64,000 nt of DNA, taken from positions 1 through 64,000 of IMG/VR virus record IMGVR_UViG_3300032294_001228; one strand, written 5' to 3'. How positions within the stretch are numbered: position 1 is the first letter of the stretch; each line of letters opens with the position of its first letter. Under the pieces are notes generated by a model. That model made no database searches, was not told the origin of the DNA, and was given only the letters and a program-made list of their open reading frames with translations. Below, in pieces: positions 17,216-27,178 of this stretch. The stretch is from a virus. The position numbers were made by a program, and so were the translations under genes.

Positions 17216-17947
17216 ATGCCGCAGACATTTGCTGGGTACACTGAATGTTCAGTTAATGCCTTTAAGTTCAATCCCAAAAGCCAAGAAGTTGTAGATCGTA
17301 AGAAGGAAATCTTACAGTCTATAGCCCAACATCATGGCAATAATCCCACCAGCGTATTGTTCTACGGATTTAGTCCAATGATGCTAGGTGCTGGATATAA
17401 ACAACTAGCAGTCACGCAGATTACAGAACAAACAAAAAAATTCCTCGACGATAGAGGTGTTAAATATACATACGTTGCAGAAGAAAATTTAGGTAATTAT
17501 AGTAAAAGTTTTGATTGGGTGGTAGCCACAGATGAGTATTTTACTTTTGCTCAAACAGAAGAAGAGCAACAGTCAAAAATACAATTAGCTTGTACTCTGG
17601 CCAAAACTGCTGTAGTAACTACATTACGTGATTACAAGAATCAAGATTTCCGCGATAGAGAATTTAGTCAACCATTGGCAGTACATGCACAAAATCGTAC
17701 TAAGATATTTTTAGAATATCATAATTATGATTTTGCTGACAAGAACAGTTGGAATACCACAGTATATGAATTAGATGGCGCAGACGCTAAAATACACAGT
17801 GAATTTCCAAGACGTAGTATGTTCTTTAAGCAAATGGCTAAATTTAGTATAGATGCAGGTGCAAAGAATTTCTTTGTGCATAAAAATTTAATGTATAAGA
17901 GTTTGATCAAGAAAAACTACGAGCACGTTATTAGCATTAGTTTTTAA
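17216..17947 (+). CDS. Hypothetical protein, degenerate methyltransferase-like fold
   Basis: SVLFYG...FDWVVA...TLRDY pattern reminiscent of class I MTases but lacking a clear GxGxG. Confidence 0.45.
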   Translation: MPQTFAGYTECSVNAFKFNPKSQEVVDRKKEILQSIAQHHGNNPTSVLFYGFSPMMLGAGYKQLAVTQITEQTKKFLDDRGVKYTYVAEENLGNYSKSFDWVVATDEYFTFAQTEEEQQSKIQLACTLAKTAVVTTLRDYKNQDFRDREFSQPLAVHAQNRTKIFLEYHNYDFADKNSWNTTVYELDGADAKIHSEFPRRSMFFKQMAKFSIDAGAKNFFVHKNLMYKSLIKKNYEHVISISF

Positions 17948-17968
17948 TCAACTCAATTCGAGAATAGT

Positions 17969-19240
17969 ATGGATATCAATCAACAGCTACAGCCTATCAT
18001 CGCCGGCATAATTCAGGATCTCAAAACGCAGATCAATACTGAACTACGTCAACAGCTATCCTCAGAAATAGTGAAAATCCTAGCCGCAACAGAACTAACC
18101 AGTATAATCAATCAAGCAGTATCCAATCAGGTTAACGCACGATTGGATAAATTTGACTTTGCTGGTACTGGAGAAACTGAACTCAAAGTGGCGTTTAAAC
18201 AGATCACTGACAATGTTGCTAAAAATTTATTTGTAGGAGCCAATAAACAGGTCTCTGAATATGTAGGACAAAAGCTCAAAGAAGTCAACGTATCTGATGC
18301 TGTCAAAGCAGTGGTGCAAACCTCACTGAGTGAATATCTCAAAGGTGCTAACTTTCCTGAAGCTAGTATTTCTCATACTAGTTTAAATCTAAAAGGCTTC
18401 AAGATCACTGGCGATGCGATCGAAGGCGGAATCATTTCAAAATTTGCCAGCACTGGCATCGATGATCTGGCTACAAAAGTACAGATGACTATCATGGATC
18501 GAGGTGTTGCATTTGAAAGTGGTCTACACACCCCAGAGTTAAATGTCACCGGTAGTCTTACAGTCAAAGGAAATTTGATATTTGCAGACGTAGACACGTC
18601 GACTACGGGATTTGAAAAGATTGTCAAAGAAACTAGTGAGTCGGTCAGAAAAAATCTTAATCAAGAATTGTTTAATGGATTTAGCAATACTATATTTGAT
18701 CGCATACAGGCAGAAGGACTTGATCTAGACAAAATAACACAGGGTGGTAAAGAAGTTATCAATGGTAGTCAATTGGGTTATCATGTCGTTGACAGTAATC
18801 TACGTAGACTAGGTGTAGTTGAAGATCTGCAGACGGCTGGGGAAACTCTGCTGGTGGATACACTATATGTACAGCAAGGGCGTGTGGGTATCAATACCAT
18901 GGAACCTAGTTACCCATTGAGCATTTGGGACCAGGAAATTGAAATAGTTGCTACTAAACATACCCAGGATGTGGGCTACATTGGTACTGCTAGAAATCAA
19001 AGTTTGATATTAGGTGCAAATAATAAACAAAACATTGTGCTAGTTCCAGATGGCAGTGTAGAAGTTGAAAATATCAGTATTGGTCCTGTGGCCATGACCA
19101 GCGGCAATCGAATACCTAATTACGAAGGTCGAGCAGGACATATTGTATGGAACGACACTCCTACTACTGGCGGACCAATTGGCTGGGTCTGTATTGGCGG
19201 AGCTCGATGGGCTAGTTTTGGTAGAATCGACAATGGTTAA
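17969..19240 (+). CDS. Hypothetical protein, probable virion-associated fibre-like protein
   Basis: Helical N-half; GRVGINT..P..L and P..GGPIGWVC...W..FG motifs common in phage fibre proteins. Confidence 0.55.
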   Translation: MDINQQLQPIIAGIIQDLKTQINTELRQQLSSEIVKILAATELTSIINQAVSNQVNARLDKFDFAGTGETELKVAFKQITDNVAKNLFVGANKQVSEYVGQKLKEVNVSDAVKAVVQTSLSEYLKGANFPEASISHTSLNLKGFKITGDAIEGGIISKFASTGIDDLATKVQMTIMDRGVAFESGLHTPELNVTGSLTVKGNLIFADVDTSTTGFEKIVKETSESVRKNLNQELFNGFSNTIFDRIQAEGLDLDKITQGGKEVINGSQLGYHVVDSNLRRLGVVEDLQTAGETLLVDTLYVQQGRVGINTMEPSYPLSIWDQEIEIVATKHTQDVGYIGTARNQSLILGANNKQNIVLVPDGSVEVENISIGPVAMTSGNRIPNYEGRAGHIVWNDTPTTGGPIGWVCIGGARWASFGRIDNG

Positions 19241-19261
19241 ATCTAACATAAGATCAACGCT

Positions 19262-19708
19262 ATGTTAGATGACAATTTAGAAATATTATATTGCCGTATT
19301 GATCTTACTAAGACCAATTATAGTCAAATTGATTCTGCTAAATTAATAGTAGATCCTAACCCGGCCGAACTTAAACAAATATTTGAAAAGTATTGTGCAT
19401 ACAAAAAGTTTACCAGTGTTGAACCAATGTGGGATAGTGAATTTACTTGGCCGCACAATGATGTCGTCGGATACTATGATTCTACCAAATTGGTTGCTTG
19501 GTCAGTGGTAACCAAGTATAATAAAGATGATGTCTATTCTGTTCAGTTTGCTTGGGACTACACAAATCCCGGATTAAGATTGGGCATTAAGAGTATAGAA
19601 CATGAATGTGCTTATTATAAGAGCCTAGGCTACAAATACTATTATCTAGGTGAAGCACACAAATATAAACAAAATCTTCAAGGATTTGAATTACTAGGAA
19701 AATTATAA
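19262..19708 (+). CDS. Arginyl/leucyl-tRNA-protein transferase C-terminal-like GNAT protein
   Basis: LVAWS...YSVQFAWD...RLGIKSI.HE...K.LG.KYYYLG...YK matches the ATE1/Bpt C-terminal signature. Confidence 0.65.
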   Translation: MLDDNLEILYCRIDLTKTNYSQIDSAKLIVDPNPAELKQIFEKYCAYKKFTSVEPMWDSEFTWPHNDVVGYYDSTKLVAWSVVTKYNKDDVYSVQFAWDYTNPGLRLGIKSIEHECAYYKSLGYKYYYLGEAHKYKQNLQGFELLGKL

Positions 19709-20037
19709 TGGATATCTATCATATTTGGGCAGACAAAGAAGGTGACATCAGTGACATCGACTGGGTCAATAACATGAAAGGATTCTTACAGCATCTAGTA
19801 GATGAAGGTAAGATGGTTACCTATCGTATCACACGCTGTAAGATGGGATTCCGTAGCATGGATATTCCTGAATGGCATATCATGATGGAGTTCAATGATA
19901 TGGCACAGTTAGAGAATGCTTTTAAACGTGTAGCACCACTCGAAGGTGAACTAGAAGACAAACATCGCAGTTTCAATCAATTCGTCAAAGGCAATATTCA
20001 ACACGCTTACTTTAGAGATTGGCCGGATGACCTATAA
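19708..20037 (+). CDS. Small conserved protein (DUF6614-like, dimeric alpha-beta barrel)
   Basis: YHIW...YRITRCKMGF...EWHIMMEF...QL..AF...H...YFRDWPD. Confidence 0.55.
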   Translation: MDIYHIWADKEGDISDIDWVNNMKGFLQHLVDEGKMVTYRITRCKMGFRSMDIPEWHIMMEFNDMAQLENAFKRVAPLEGELEDKHRSFNQFVKGNIQHAYFRDWPDDL

Positions 20038-21157
20038 TGTACATCAACATTGGGATCCACTTAAAGTTTGCATAGTTGGTAAATCATACAGTCCTCAGTT
20101 TTATAGTTTTATAACTAACAGTCGGGTTCGTAATGTACTAGAGCGTATTGCCGAAGAAACAGAAGAAGACTATCAAAAATTAATTAAAGTTTTAGAAACA
20201 TTTGGTGTAGAAGTTATAAGACCTAATGTATACGATGATTATACTCTATACATTGATACCAGAGGCAAAATCACTGCACCACCTATGACCCCAAGAGACT
20301 ATTCTGCTCAAATTGGAAATACCTTTTATTTTGATCAAACACAAATATTTGCCAAATGGGAAAAATTTAGGGGTGTAGATTGGCCCATTGAAAGACCTAA
20401 AAAATATGAAGATATACCACAGTGGATCATTGAAGAATCTGCAAAGTTGTGGGGATTTAACATTACCGCTAGGAATCTTGCTTGGGATAATGTTTTAGAA
20501 AAAATTTCTAACCACACAAATATTATTTTTGATCAGGACATCAATTCTGCAATGGTAACCAGAGTAGGTAAAGATTTATATTTTGCTACAGATTCGTATG
20601 ACCAAGATCAAACATCATTACTGCAACTTAGACAGCCTCAATTTCCACAGTATAGATGCAGAGTAGTTAACACAGGAGGACACAGTGATGGGACATTCTG
20701 CCCTGTGGTGCCTGGGCTGATCGTAAGTTTGCAAGACGTTCCTACATATAAAGATACATTCCCAGACTGGGAAGTTGTTTATCTACCTCAACAGAGTTGG
20801 AGTAAGGTTAAACCATTTTTAGATCTAAAATACAAAAATGGTGGTAAATGGTGGGTACCAGGCGAAGAACTAAATGATGATTTCACAGACTTTGTAGAAA
20901 GTTGGTTAAAAGAATGGGTAGGATACGTAGAAGAAACAGTATTTGATGTAAACATGCTGGTAATTGATGAAAAAAATGTAGTATGTAATAACTATAATGA
21001 ACAGGTATTTGCGGCGTTTGATCGTTTTGGTATTACTCCGCATGTGGTAAATTTCCGCCATAGATATTTCTGGGATGGCGGACTACACTGTATAACCAGC
21101 GATCTACATCGTGAAGGCGTCCAAAAAGACTACTTTCCAGAACGCAGATTGACATAA
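20027..21157 (+). CDS. Amidinotransferase family protein (second copy)
   Basis: HWDPLKVCIVG, PRD, GHSDG, FDVNML, WDGGLHCITSDL. Confidence 0.88.
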   Translation: MTYNVHQHWDPLKVCIVGKSYSPQFYSFITNSRVRNVLERIAEETEEDYQKLIKVLETFGVEVIRPNVYDDYTLYIDTRGKITAPPMTPRDYSAQIGNTFYFDQTQIFAKWEKFRGVDWPIERPKKYEDIPQWIIEESAKLWGFNITARNLAWDNVLEKISNHTNIIFDQDINSAMVTRVGKDLYFATDSYDQDQTSLLQLRQPQFPQYRCRVVNTGGHSDGTFCPVVPGLIVSLQDVPTYKDTFPDWEVVYLPQQSWSKVKPFLDLKYKNGGKWWVPGEELNDDFTDFVESWLKEWVGYVEETVFDVNMLVIDEKNVVCNNYNEQVFAAFDRFGITPHVVNFRHRYFWDGGLHCITSDLHREGVQKDYFPERRLT

Positions 21158-21177
21158 TCAAAAAATGGTGCTATACT
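21149..21177 (+). promoter_or_regulatory. sigma70-type promoter for the DNA repair pair
   Basis: TTGACA-N17-TATACT, ATG 7 nt downstream. Confidence 0.75.
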
Positions 21178-21183
21178 AGCACT

Positions 21184-21582
21184 ATGAAACTATTATCCCC
21201 AATGCAGGATGACCTTATGGTCCAACAGCAAGTAGCCAATACATGGCAACATTTCGTTGGTGTAATTTGCCTTAACCAAACTAATCGAACTATCGTAAAG
21301 AAAATTCTACCTACATTCTTTAGCCTATGGCCTGAAGATGATGTTTTTTTGGACAAGGCTACAGAGAAAGAAGTTAAGGCACTAATCAAACCTATGGGCA
21401 TGGTTAACAAGCGATATATAGCATTAATGAGAATGAGCATAGATCACTTGTTCTGGGACGGAAATGATGCTACAATATTATATGGTATCGGACAGTATGG
21501 CAGTGAAAGTTACCGCATATTTTTTAAAAACGAACGCTTTGAACCTAAAGATAAAGAATTGAGAAAGTATCTTGGCTACTAA
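21184..21582 (+). CDS. HhH-GPD DNA glycosylase, MBD4-like
   Basis: W...V..I.LNQT, PMGM..KR, LYGIGQYG.ESYRIF, PKDKEL..Y. Confidence 0.8.
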   Translation: MKLLSPMQDDLMVQQQVANTWQHFVGVICLNQTNRTIVKKILPTFFSLWPEDDVFLDKATEKEVKALIKPMGMVNKRYIALMRMSIDHLFWDGNDATILYGIGQYGSESYRIFFKNERFEPKDKELRKYLGY

Positions 21583-22603
21583 GAAAATAGGCTTTGCCTG
21601 CAAGTGGATTGACACACCCGATCAGGTCAACGGAATAAAATCTACCGACCCTGCAAAAGAATTAAATACTGGTACAACCACTGTAGCCTGGCTCAATCGA
21701 CAAACCCGCGAAGTGGCAGAGCAACGTCTCTGGGATCTTATGGTCCAAAATATTCAATCAATACATAAACTTGTCGAGCGAGTAGGTACATTAGATGAAT
21801 CCCTTAGAATGGTTCGCTTATCAAGTGATATACTACCAGTATATACAGAGTCTAGCTGGAGTTATTTTTGGCGTCGCACTGACGTCCGCGATTTTTGCTC
21901 AACGGCCTTTGCTCAAGTGGGCGATGTTGCTCGTAGCCGTGGGGTCCGCCTTAGCTTTCATCCGGGGCAATTCACAGTTCTCGCATCTGATAATCCTGCT
22001 ATTGTCGACAGAAGTATAGAAGAATTTGAATATCATGCTGACATGATCCGCTGGATGGGTTATGGCAAACAGTTCCAAGACTTTAAATGCAACGTGCATA
22101 TCGCAGGCCGCTTAGGACCACAGGGCATACGTGATGCCTACAAGAGATTGTCACCAGAAGCACGCAACACTATTACTATAGAAAATGAGGAGATGAAACA
22201 TGGACTTGATACTTGCCTCGAGCTTTATGATCTTGTGCCTATCGTTCTTGATATACACCATCATTTCATCCGAGAAGGAGAATACATACAACTTGCTGAC
22301 CGAAGAACTCAAAAGGTTATTGAAAGTTGGCGTGGTCGTCGTCCTGTGTGCCATTACAGCGTATCTCGTGAAGACTTACTATTGGGGCACGATACTAACA
22401 CTCTTCCTGACATGAAAGTCCTATTAGAAACCGGGCACAAGAAAAGCAAACTGCGAGCACACAGTGACTTCTATTGGAACACCGCGGTTAACGATTGGGC
22501 CTTGACATTTTTGGAATCGTTTGACATGATGTGCGAGTCAAAAGCAAAAAATCTAGCTAGTTTTGCCTTGTATGATCGAGCAAAACAGCTCGCAATTCTT
22601 TAG
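21572..22603 (+). CDS. uvsE: UV damage endonuclease
   Basis: GFAC, RLSS, RLSFHPGQFTVL, IEN.E, VLDIHHH, HSD, ESKAK motifs. Confidence 0.92.
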   Translation: MATKKIGFACKWIDTPDQVNGIKSTDPAKELNTGTTTVAWLNRQTREVAEQRLWDLMVQNIQSIHKLVERVGTLDESLRMVRLSSDILPVYTESSWSYFWRRTDVRDFCSTAFAQVGDVARSRGVRLSFHPGQFTVLASDNPAIVDRSIEEFEYHADMIRWMGYGKQFQDFKCNVHIAGRLGPQGIRDAYKRLSPEARNTITIENEEMKHGLDTCLELYDLVPIVLDIHHHFIREGEYIQLADRRTQKVIESWRGRRPVCHYSVSREDLLLGHDTNTLPDMKVLLETGHKKSKLRAHSDFYWNTAVNDWALTFLESFDMMCESKAKNLASFALYDRAKQLAIL

Positions 22604-23579
22604 AAAAATCCCCATACCAATCTGTTCCAAGCATCACACTTTTATTATATTCTGTTATAGGTTTTATTTTATCTAAGATTTCTTTTTGAGGTTGATCAAT
22701 AAGATAATTCATCTGTGCTAGTGCTAAGGAAAATCGGTGATCACTATCTTCTACGCTATCGTAACTTTCATCAATTATTCCATCAAATGTTTTAAATCCC
22801 AGTTGACGTAGGTTACGCAGATAATATTGCCCACTAAACACAATAAACAATCTTTCGGCTAGGATAGGTTTAACAATTTTTTCAGTGTAAAAACTGTATT
22901 GGTTATCCCAATTTGTTTCTGCTACTATACTATAAGCAGTTTGATTATAAATGTCTGCAGAAATTATCTGACTTAACGACACTCGTTGACCACTATAACT
23001 AACATGGGTGATAGTATTTTTAATTTCATCTTCAGGTATATCTATATTAGGCCAAATCCAATTATTGATTAATTGTTTTTGTAATGATAGATTACGGTCT
23101 TGCAGATATGTCATAATAACATGCTGTGTTAATTTATTATCAGTTATGTAATCATAAATTTTTTGTCTGTGAGGTTTACGCCATCCCAGCAATATATCAA
23201 ATGTTTTAGATTTCGCAATATAGGGGTTAAGTTTCTCAAGTAGATCAGAAGATTTATAAAAATCACAGGTAGTTATAAACCAATCCATCCATTGGTAACT
23301 AGGATATCCTTCAATTGATCCACAGATAAAATATTTAATTTTAGGATGTTGATGATTGACTATGAATCTAATAGAATCAGAATGTAGTTCTGAAACAAGT
23401 ACAACTATGACAGAACATGTGGTCAGAGCATAGGCAATATTATCATCAAAACTAGAATCATAGGGATATGGCATATGAAATACTGCTGGACTACCTGCGG
23501 TGATTTCTTCTGTTTTTTGTAAATTTGCCTGCCTCAAATGCCAACTGCAAACGTCTGTATCTGCGTAAATTTTATTCAT
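22557..23579 (-). CDS. Glycosyltransferase-like (TEK family) protein
   Basis: SIVAET...TEKIVKPI...LRQLGFKTFDGIIDESYD; ATG start chosen downstream of a TAAATA box. Confidence 0.6.
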   Translation of the reverse strand: MNKIYADTDVCSWHLRQANLQKTEEITAGSPAVFHMPYPYDSSFDDNIAYALTTCSVIVVLVSELHSDSIRFIVNHQHPKIKYFICGSIEGYPSYQWMDWFITTCDFYKSSDLLEKLNPYIAKSKTFDILLGWRKPHRQKIYDYITDNKLTQHVIMTYLQDRNLSLQKQLINNWIWPNIDIPEDEIKNTITHVSYSGQRVSLSQIISADIYNQTAYSIVAETNWDNQYSFYTEKIVKPILAERLFIVFSGQYYLRNLRQLGFKTFDGIIDESYDSVEDSDHRFSLALAQMNYLIDQPQKEILDKIKPITEYNKSVMLGTDWYGDFSKELRAVLLDHTRQN

Positions 23580-23608
23580 AATATCAGCATATTTAATATA
23601 AATTTTGG

Positions 23609-23637
23609 TTGACAAACGGTAAAACTGATAGTATAAT
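23609..23637 (+). promoter_or_regulatory. sigma70-type early promoter
   Basis: TTGACA-N17-TATAAT. Confidence 0.88.
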
Positions 23638-23671
23638 AGCAGTATAAAAATTAATAAAGAAAGGCAAAAAT

Positions 23672-24097
23672 ATGGGATTAGACATGTATGCTTATTCAGC
23701 TAACAAAGCTGGTGCCCAAACAGAATATTGGGAAAATGGTGAATTCGATAAAGAAAAAGGCGAATTTGTCAGCACCTGCACTAAACCTAAAGAATTGATG
23801 TACTGGCGTAAACATCCTAACCTACATGGTTGGATGGAACGTCTCTGGGAAGAAAAAGGTCGTCCGGGTGCTGAAAGTGACGCTGAAATGTTTAATGGCG
23901 TAGAGCTTGAGCTGGAATGGCATGATATCGAAAACCTAGAAGCGGATATCAAGGAAGATAACTTGCCAGGAACTACAGGATTCTTCTTTGGTGATGACAG
24001 TGATGAATACTACAAAGCTCAAGATCTTGAATTCGTCAAACAGGCCAAAGCAGACTTGTTCTTAGGCCTAAAAGTGTATTATAATAGTTCATGGTAG
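23672..24097 (+). CDS. Conserved acidic phage early protein (MGLDMY family)
   Basis: MGLDMY...YWRK..LHGW...GFFFG...YY..SW pattern. Confidence 0.75.
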   Translation: MGLDMYAYSANKAGAQTEYWENGEFDKEKGEFVSTCTKPKELMYWRKHPNLHGWMERLWEEKGRPGAESDAEMFNGVELELEWHDIENLEADIKEDNLPGTTGFFFGDDSDEYYKAQDLEFVKQAKADLFLGLKVYYNSSW

Positions 24098-24282
24098 ATA
24101 AACTTAAAGAACTAGAAACACAGATTGGTTTGGTGCATGATATCATGCGCCACACTGATGTCAAAGATCCACGCATGGAAAGCCTACGTGAATTATTAGC
24201 AGTCATGTATCAAGAATTAAACAAGTTGCAACCAGCACGGGATAAATTAGATAAACCACTACTAAGTGATGACAGCCTATGA
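24091..24282 (+). CDS. Hypothetical protein
   Basis: Overlap-coupled ORF within the operon. Confidence 0.6.
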   Translation: MVDKLKELETQIGLVHDIMRHTDVKDPRMESLRELLAVMYQELNKLQPARDKLDKPLLSDDSL

Positions 24283-24536
24283 CAGTGAAAGAAATGAAAC
24301 TAAATGATGACTTCGTTTACAACAACGAAGAAGAAGCAGAAATGGGTCAGCTACATGCTATCCATAACAACATGAATGCTATTGCCAATGTTCGCCGACA
24401 ATTAGAACAGCAGGCGGCACAACCCAGTCTCACACACTGCGAAGAATGTGGCGAGGAGATTCCTAAAAAACGTCAGGAATTAATCAAGGGAGTACGTCTT
24501 TGTGTTTTCTGTCAGCAGATGCACGAACGTCGTTAA
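24279..24536 (+). CDS. TraR/DksA C4-type zinc finger protein
   Basis: CEECGEEIPKKRQ...LCVFCQ; acidic N-terminus (EEAE). Confidence 0.85.
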   Translation: MTVKEMKLNDDFVYNNEEEAEMGQLHAIHNNMNAIANVRRQLEQQAAQPSLTHCEECGEEIPKKRQELIKGVRLCVFCQQMHERR

Positions 24537-24544
24537 ATATTGTA

Positions 24545-25663
24545 ATGGAACATATATGTTATCATCCTTGGGTAGGATTAGATATTAGTCCTCAGGGTGA
24601 ATTTAAACCTTGTTGTAAATATCAAAAAACCATTGATACTTCCTTAGCTGGATATTTAAATAATAAAGAATTAATTCGACTTAAAGAAGATTTTTTAGAA
24701 GGTAAACGTCCCATTGAGTGCAAACGATGTTGGGATGATGAGGATGCTGGATTGCCTAGTAAAAGACAGTTGGATTGGAAATATATTTTCCATGAACAGT
24801 CTCCTGGCTGGGATCCTATTAAAGTATTAAGTTTGCCTTTTGGAAACTCATGCAATCTGGCCTGCAGAACATGTAATAGTTCTGCTTCAAGCGGATGGAT
24901 TTCTGAAGCTAAAAAATTACAAAAGCATTTACCAGAAACAATAATTTATAAACATCAAAAATTTTATCAAGACAAGAAGTTTATTGATCAAATTAAATCG
25001 CTGTGTTTAGATGTATTACATATACAATTTCCAGGTGGTGAACCATTCCTTGCTGGCATTGAAGAACACTTAGATTTTTTAAATTTTTTATTAGAACATA
25101 ATCCACAAAATATAAGTCTACACTATATGACTAATGCAACTATATTCCCTAGCCAAAAATTTTGGGATAAATGGATAAAATTTAAAAATGTTGATATTCA
25201 GTTAAGTATTGATGGAACAGATCAACAATTTGAATATATCAGATGGCCTGCTAAATGGTCACAAGTCAATGAAAATATACAACGAGTCACAATTGAAAAA
25301 AAAGACAATATACAAATTAGTATCAGTCATACAGTAAGTATTTTTAATGTGTTGTATTTGCCAGAATTTATTAAATGGTGCCTACAAAATAACCTTGGCA
25401 AACCATATTTAGGATTAGTATCAAATCCGACAATGTATTCTATAAAAGCACTACCAAGAAAAGTCAAACAATCGATTAGTGATAAATTAAATAGATTTAT
25501 GTTTAAAGAAGTAGTATCATATATGAATAGTGAAGATTTAAGCTGTGAATTTAGTACCGCGATTAAACATATACAGCTAGTAGACCAACAAAGAAAACAA
25601 AATTTTAAAGATATATTTCCGGAACTTTATCAACTTTTAAAGGAAGCAGAATGCCAAATTTAG
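24545..25663 (+). CDS. Twitch-domain radical SAM protein
   Basis: CYHPW...PCC...CKRCW; CNLACRTC; GGEP; TNA; SIDG...YIRWP; paralog of 1720 ORF. Confidence 0.88.
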   Translation: MEHICYHPWVGLDISPQGEFKPCCKYQKTIDTSLAGYLNNKELIRLKEDFLEGKRPIECKRCWDDEDAGLPSKRQLDWKYIFHEQSPGWDPIKVLSLPFGNSCNLACRTCNSSASSGWISEAKKLQKHLPETIIYKHQKFYQDKKFIDQIKSLCLDVLHIQFPGGEPFLAGIEEHLDFLNFLLEHNPQNISLHYMTNATIFPSQKFWDKWIKFKNVDIQLSIDGTDQQFEYIRWPAKWSQVNENIQRVTIEKKDNIQISISHTVSIFNVLYLPEFIKWCLQNNLGKPYLGLVSNPTMYSIKALPRKVKQSISDKLNRFMFKEVVSYMNSEDLSCEFSTAIKHIQLVDQQRKQNFKDIFPELYQLLKEAECQI

Positions 25664-26244
25664 TGCCAATGGTGTTAGAACGTACCAGCCAGGGTGAACG
25701 TAGTTATGACTTATATTCAAGACTATTAAAAGATCGTATAGTTATGTTAGATACGGATGTTAATGAACATTCAGCAAGTTTAATCGTAGCACAGTTATTG
25801 TTCTTGGAGAGTGAAGATGCCAATAAAGACATCCTATTTTATATTAACAGTCCTGGTGGCGTTGTCACTGCTGGTATGGCTATTTACGACACAATGCAGT
25901 TTATTAAGCCTGACGTGTCAACCATCGTCATGGGGCAGGCTTGTAGCATGGGTTCCTTATTGGCTAGTAGTGGTGCTCAAGGCAAGCGTATGATCCTTCC
26001 TAATGCTCGTCACATGATACATCAACCTAGTGGTGGTGCTGGCGGGCAAGCTACTGACATGGAAATCCAGGTTAACGAAATCCTTAAGATGAAAAAGACG
26101 TTAACGCAGATCTACGTAGATCACAACTCAAAGGGTAAAACTTTTGAAGAGCTGTCTAAAGACATGGAAAGAGATAATTTCATGTCAGCACAAGAAGCCA
26201 TAGACTATGGCCTAGCTGATGAAATTGTACAAAAACGCACATAA
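25651..26244 (+). CDS. clpP: ATP-dependent Clp protease proteolytic subunit
   Basis: [25 protein letters not shown] (Ser), MIHQP (His), ERDNFM (Asp). Confidence 0.97.
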   Translation: MPNLVPMVLERTSQGERSYDLYSRLLKDRIVMLDTDVNEHSASLIVAQLLFLESEDANKDILFYINSPGGVVTAGMAIYDTMQFIKPDVSTIVMGQACSMGSLLASSGAQGKRMILPNARHMIHQPSGGAGGQATDMEIQVNEILKMKKTLTQIYVDHNSKGKTFEELSKDMERDNFMSAQEAIDYGLADEIVQKRT

Positions 26245-26310
26245 AATCATTGGTTTATAAGTCATTGATTCTAAATGACTTTTATTTTCACTTTTTTCTG
26301 CTGATTTTGG

Positions 26311-26339
26311 TTGACTTTTTGGTTAAACTCCTGTATAAT
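26311..26339 (+). promoter_or_regulatory. sigma70-type early promoter
   Basis: TTGACT-N17-TATAAT with TTTGGTT boxes. Confidence 0.88.
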
Positions 26340-26371
26340 ATGCATATATTAACAATTAAGGAGTAGACAAC

Positions 26372-26788
26372 ATGGCTTACATGAACCAAGAAAAGAAAGC
26401 AACTATTTCAGCTCAGGTTAAACCTATTTTCAAGAAATATGGTGTAAAAGCTACCCTAGCAGTGCGCCATCATTCTACTATCGTAGTCAATATCCAATCA
26501 GGTACTTTGGACTTCATCGGTAACGCTAATGCAGTCCAAATCCACCGTCGTGACACAGGGCGAGATGCACGTATTATAACTGATCAATATCTAGATGTTA
26601 ACCCATACTGGTATCAAGAGCACTTTACAGGTGAATGTAAAGAATTCTTTGATGCTGTGTTCAAAGCCATCAAGTCAGCAGATTGGTATGACGAATCAGA
26701 TGCTATGACCGATTATTTTAACACTGCCTACTACTTTGATATCAATATAGGCCGTTGGAACAAACCTTATCAATTAATCAAGGAGTAA
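26372..26788 (+). CDS. Conserved phage early hypothetical protein
   Basis: Strong promoter and AAGGAG RBS; C-terminal D.SD.MTDYF..AYY....IG.W.KPY motif. Confidence 0.75.
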   Translation: MAYMNQEKKATISAQVKPIFKKYGVKATLAVRHHSTIVVNIQSGTLDFIGNANAVQIHRRDTGRDARIITDQYLDVNPYWYQEHFTGECKEFFDAVFKAIKSADWYDESDAMTDYFNTAYYFDINIGRWNKPYQLIKE

Positions 26789-26791
26789 TAA

Positions 26792-26935
26792 ATGACAAAT
26801 CTATTATGTTTTTTAGCAGGAGCGGTAATAATGGACTTTCTTTGGGCCTGGAAATTTGGAATCCCGCAGATGTTTTGGTCTAGGCTAAAATTTGGTATCA
26901 ATAAACTTTATAAAATTTGGAAATATAGCAAATAA
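26792..26935 (+). CDS. 47-aa membrane peptide
   Basis: AAGGAG RBS; manual translation MTNLLCFLAGAVIMDFLWAWKFGIPQMFWSRLKFGINKLYKIWKYSK*. Confidence 0.65.
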   Translation: MTNLLCFLAGAVIMDFLWAWKFGIPQMFWSRLKFGINKLYKIWKYSK

Positions 26936-26939
26936 ATGG

Positions 26940-26968
26940 TTGACAAACCAAACCAAAGGTGCTATAAT
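26940..26968 (+). promoter_or_regulatory. sigma70-type early promoter
   Basis: TTGACA-N17-TATAAT with AACCAAACCAAA spacer. Confidence 0.88.
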
Positions 26969-26974
26969 AGCTAC

Positions 26975-27178
26975 ATGAAATACAGTAATTTAACAAGAAT
27001 TTGTGGTGGCAACATCACTCCAGAAACACTCAAACAAGTGTTTGTGGATATTGAATTTCAGACTACTGCGGTCAAACAGGAGTTCTGGCAGTATATGTTT
27101 GAAATGGGGGAGGCTTTTGGAGACATCCAAAGCTTCATAGTTCAAGATAGACAACAAGAAGGAGTAATAAATGTTTAA
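26975..27178 (+). CDS. Hypothetical protein (likely leaderless)
   Basis: ATG at the expected +1 of the promoter. Confidence 0.6.
   Translation: MKYSNLTRICGGNITPETLKQVFVDIEFQTTAVKQEFWQYMFEMGEAFGDIQSFIVQDRQQEGVINV

Noticed and set aside
26259-26289. aagtcatt/aatgactt inverted repeat as a recombination site
   Set aside because: Single copy followed by a U-rich tract after clpP; more simply a weak terminator.
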